Shown here: piece after piece, positions 61,693 through 64,000 of the stretch
Layout of the letters: the number at the start of each line of letters is the position of its first letter
Numbering within the stretch: position 1 is the first letter of the stretch
Assembly: GCA_026770705.1 (NCBI GenBank)
Contig: JANJGN010000020.1
Location: 8,060,001-8,124,000 of the forward strand
Direction of reading: 5' to 3'
DNA: 64,000 nt
From: Isurus oxyrinchus
Lineage: Eukaryota
Program-made: the position numbers and the translations under genes
Notes under the pieces: model-generated
What the model saw: only the letters and a program-made list of their open reading frames with translations
What the model was told of the DNA's origin: nothing
The model's database searches: none

Positions 61693-61740
61693 AACAGTCG
61701 AACTTTCACATTTGATCAAAACGAGGAAGAAGTGAGAAAG
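61693..61740 (+). CDS. RIC8B: RIC8 coding exon 2 (48 nt)
   Basis: TTTATTTAACAG | NSRTFTFDQNEEEVRK | GTAAGA; phase 0/0 and in frame with exon 1. Matches the 16-aa RIC8 segment (recalled RIC8B HRATFKFESTDEDKRK, RIC8A HSQSFTFDDAQQEDRK). Confidence 0.88.
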
Positions 61741-62399
61741 GTAAGAAACTGATAAAAAAGATATTTTATTGTCTAAAGGAAAATTGGCTATCAATGCAAA
61801 GCCATTTAACAGTAAATATACTACTGAACTGTAACGGCTAAGAGATCTCAAACATCAATCCTGTAGTACAAGCTGTGGACTTGGAGATATCTGAAATGTG
61901 ATCATCTCTATCTCTATCTCTATCCTTTATATATTTTGTTTAATGCAGTTTGAATGTCACATAATTTTAGCTGAGGATACAGTGTTTGTATTGCAAGAGA
62001 CTTGTGCTGGTGACACAGGATTTCTGAAGCATGGCTGCAAGCTGAAGGTAAAACTTCTGGGATTTGCAAAACAAAAACCATGGTTTTGGAGCCCGAACAG
62101 CCTTTGCCTTTGGCTTAGGACCAGCTGCATGAGGCCCGCCCTGCAGGAACCTAAGAACACAGTGCAACATAAAGCCACCTTCACAATATCCTGTACCTTT
62201 GGTCTGCAGCTTAAGCCTGAAGGCGGCACCTAGAGGTTGGAGTGAGGGAGGACTGGCCATTCTGTTCAGAGCTTGGTAGTTTTTTTTTATTGTGCTGTAT
62301 TTTACAATAAAACTAACTTACAAATGTCTTAAATGCACTAAAGAGGCACTTTAAATTTATTTAGCTTTTAGTTTGCAGCATCACTGAAAATAATATAAA

Positions 62400-62605
62400 T
62401 GTATATTGACATACCACCTTTCACACCCTCGATGATCCAAAGCATTTCACAGCCAGTGAATTAATCTTTGTGTAATCACTGGACTACACTTCAAACAGAA
62501 CATGAAATAAGTAACCAGCTAACCTGATTTATTTTTGATATGGGTTGAAGGAGGAACATTAACCAAGACACTGGGAGAATAGCCTGCTTTTTAATAGTGC
62601 CATCA
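62400..62605 (-). mobile_element. SacSINE1-like DeuSINE 3' part
   Basis: CAAAGCATTTCACAGCC...GGTTGAAGGAGGAACATT..CCAAGACACTGGGAGAA, the reverse of 26690-26910. Confidence 0.6.
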
Positions 62606-62624
62606 AATAATTTACTTCCTTCCA

Positions 62625-63190
62625 TGGATAGTACCACAGGTAATGATAGAGAGATGGCAGAAATATTAAATAATTATTTAACTTCGGTATTTAGCAAAGA
62701 GGTAGAACAGGTTGATATGACATTGAATGATATCAGCAAAGAGATAAGTGCATTTAAAATATATTTAAAAATGGGGGATGGACTGAATGAACTGAACAAA
62801 CTCCGAGGATAAAGCCCCTGATCCTAATGGATTGCATCCACGTATTTTTAGAAGAATCTAGGGAAGAGAAATCAGAGGCATTATAAATATTTAATAATTA
62901 ATTAGAAAAAGATGTAGTGCCAGAGGACTGGCCGATAGCTAATGTAATTCTTATGCTTAAGAAGAGGGACAAAACATGTCCAGGGAATTATAGATCAGTC
63001 AGCTTAACATCTGTGATAAGAAAAATAATACAACCCCTACTAAAGGAGAGAATAGAAAAACATGTAGAAATGAGAAATATAACAATGAATAGTCAGCATG
63101 GATTTCAAAAGGGAAACTTTTTACTTGACCAACCTTATTGAATTCATTTAGGAGGTAACAGAGAGAGTAGACAATGGTAATGCAGTAGAT
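62625..63190 (+). mobile_element. Old CR1 ORF2 fragment
   Basis: EMAEILNNYLTSVF, PEDWPIANV...PGNYRSVSLTS...SQHGF motifs. Confidence 0.85.
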
Positions 63191-64000
63191 ATAAGACCAT
63201 AGACATTGGAGCAGAAATTAGGCCATTCGGCCCATCAAGTCTGCTCCGCCATTCAATCATGGCTGACAAGTTTCTCAACCCCATTCTCCTGCCTTCTCCC
63301 CGTAACCTTTGATCCCCTTACCAATTAAGAACCTATCTATCTCGGTCTTAAATAAACTCAATGTCCTGGCCTCCACAGCCTTCTGTGGCAATGAATTCCA
63401 TAGATTCACCACTCTCTGGCTAAAGAAGTTTCTCCTCATCTCTGTTCTAAAAGGTCTTCCCTTTACTCTGAGGCTGTGCCCTTGGGTCCTAGTCTCTTCT
63501 ACTAATGGAAACATCTTCCCTACGTCCACTCTATCCAGGCCTTTCAGTATTCTGTAAGTTTCAATCAGATCCCCCCTCATCCTTCTAAACTCCATCGAGT
63601 ATAGACCCAGAGTCCTCAAACGTTCCTCATATGTTGAGCCTTTCATTCCTGGGATCATTCTCATGAACCTCCTCTGGACCCTGTCCAGGGCCAGCACATC
63701 CTTCCTGAGATATGGGGCCCAAAATTGCTCACAATATTCTAAATGTGGTCTGACCAGAGCCTTATAAAGCCTCAGCAGCACATCCCTGCTTTTATATTCT
63801 AGTCCTCTCGAAATAAATGCCAACATTGCATTTGCCTTCCTAACTACCGACTCAACCTGCAAGTTAGCCTTAAGAGAATCCTGGACTAGGACTCCCAAGT
63901 CTCTTTGCACTCCAGATTTCTGAATTCTCTCCCCATTTAGAAAATAGTCTGTGCCTCTATTCTTCCTAACAAAGTGCATGACCTCACACTTCCCCACGTT
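63191..64000 (-). mobile_element. Young CR1 LINE 3' end with uninterrupted ORF2 C-terminus (continues beyond the window)
   Basis: 240-aa open frame 63275-63997 (KCEVMHF...RDLGVLV...LVRPHLEYC...RRNFFSQRVVNLWNSLP) and an intact 3' UTR. Confidence 0.93.

Overview
Vertebrate nuclear DNA, almost certainly from a shark or other elasmobranch, judged by its repeat families (CR1/HER1-type LINEs, SacSINE1-like DeuSINEs, Penelope elements, Harbinger MITEs). Two host genes lie on the + strand. The last coding exon and 3' UTR of RFX4 start at 3744. The promoter, exon 1 (53299-53394) and exon 2 (61693-61740) of a RIC8-family gene follow, assigned to RIC8B from the known RFX4-RIC8B gene order. The roughly 48 kb between them is mostly nested transposable elements. 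These include a two-LTR Gmr1-type Gypsy element (integrase upstream of RT) with several later insertions, a two-gene Harbinger transposon with related MITEs, Penelope elements with hammerhead-ribozyme-like motifs, an RTE LINE, and many CR1/L2 fragments and SINEs. The most unusual structure is the RIC8B CpG promoter. It is itself a degenerate array of TGACG plus GC-box modules, and it sits between a 3.8-kb 48-bp minisatellite and a 3.4-kb CpG-rich 18-bp minisatellite. Three separate local inverted duplications also occur. I see no demonstrably new protein-coding system; the long ORFs at 50-57 kb are repeat artefacts. Repeat boundaries were read by eye and are approximate unless a TSD or TIR is quoted. 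Protein and family identifications come from recalled sequence, not from database searches.
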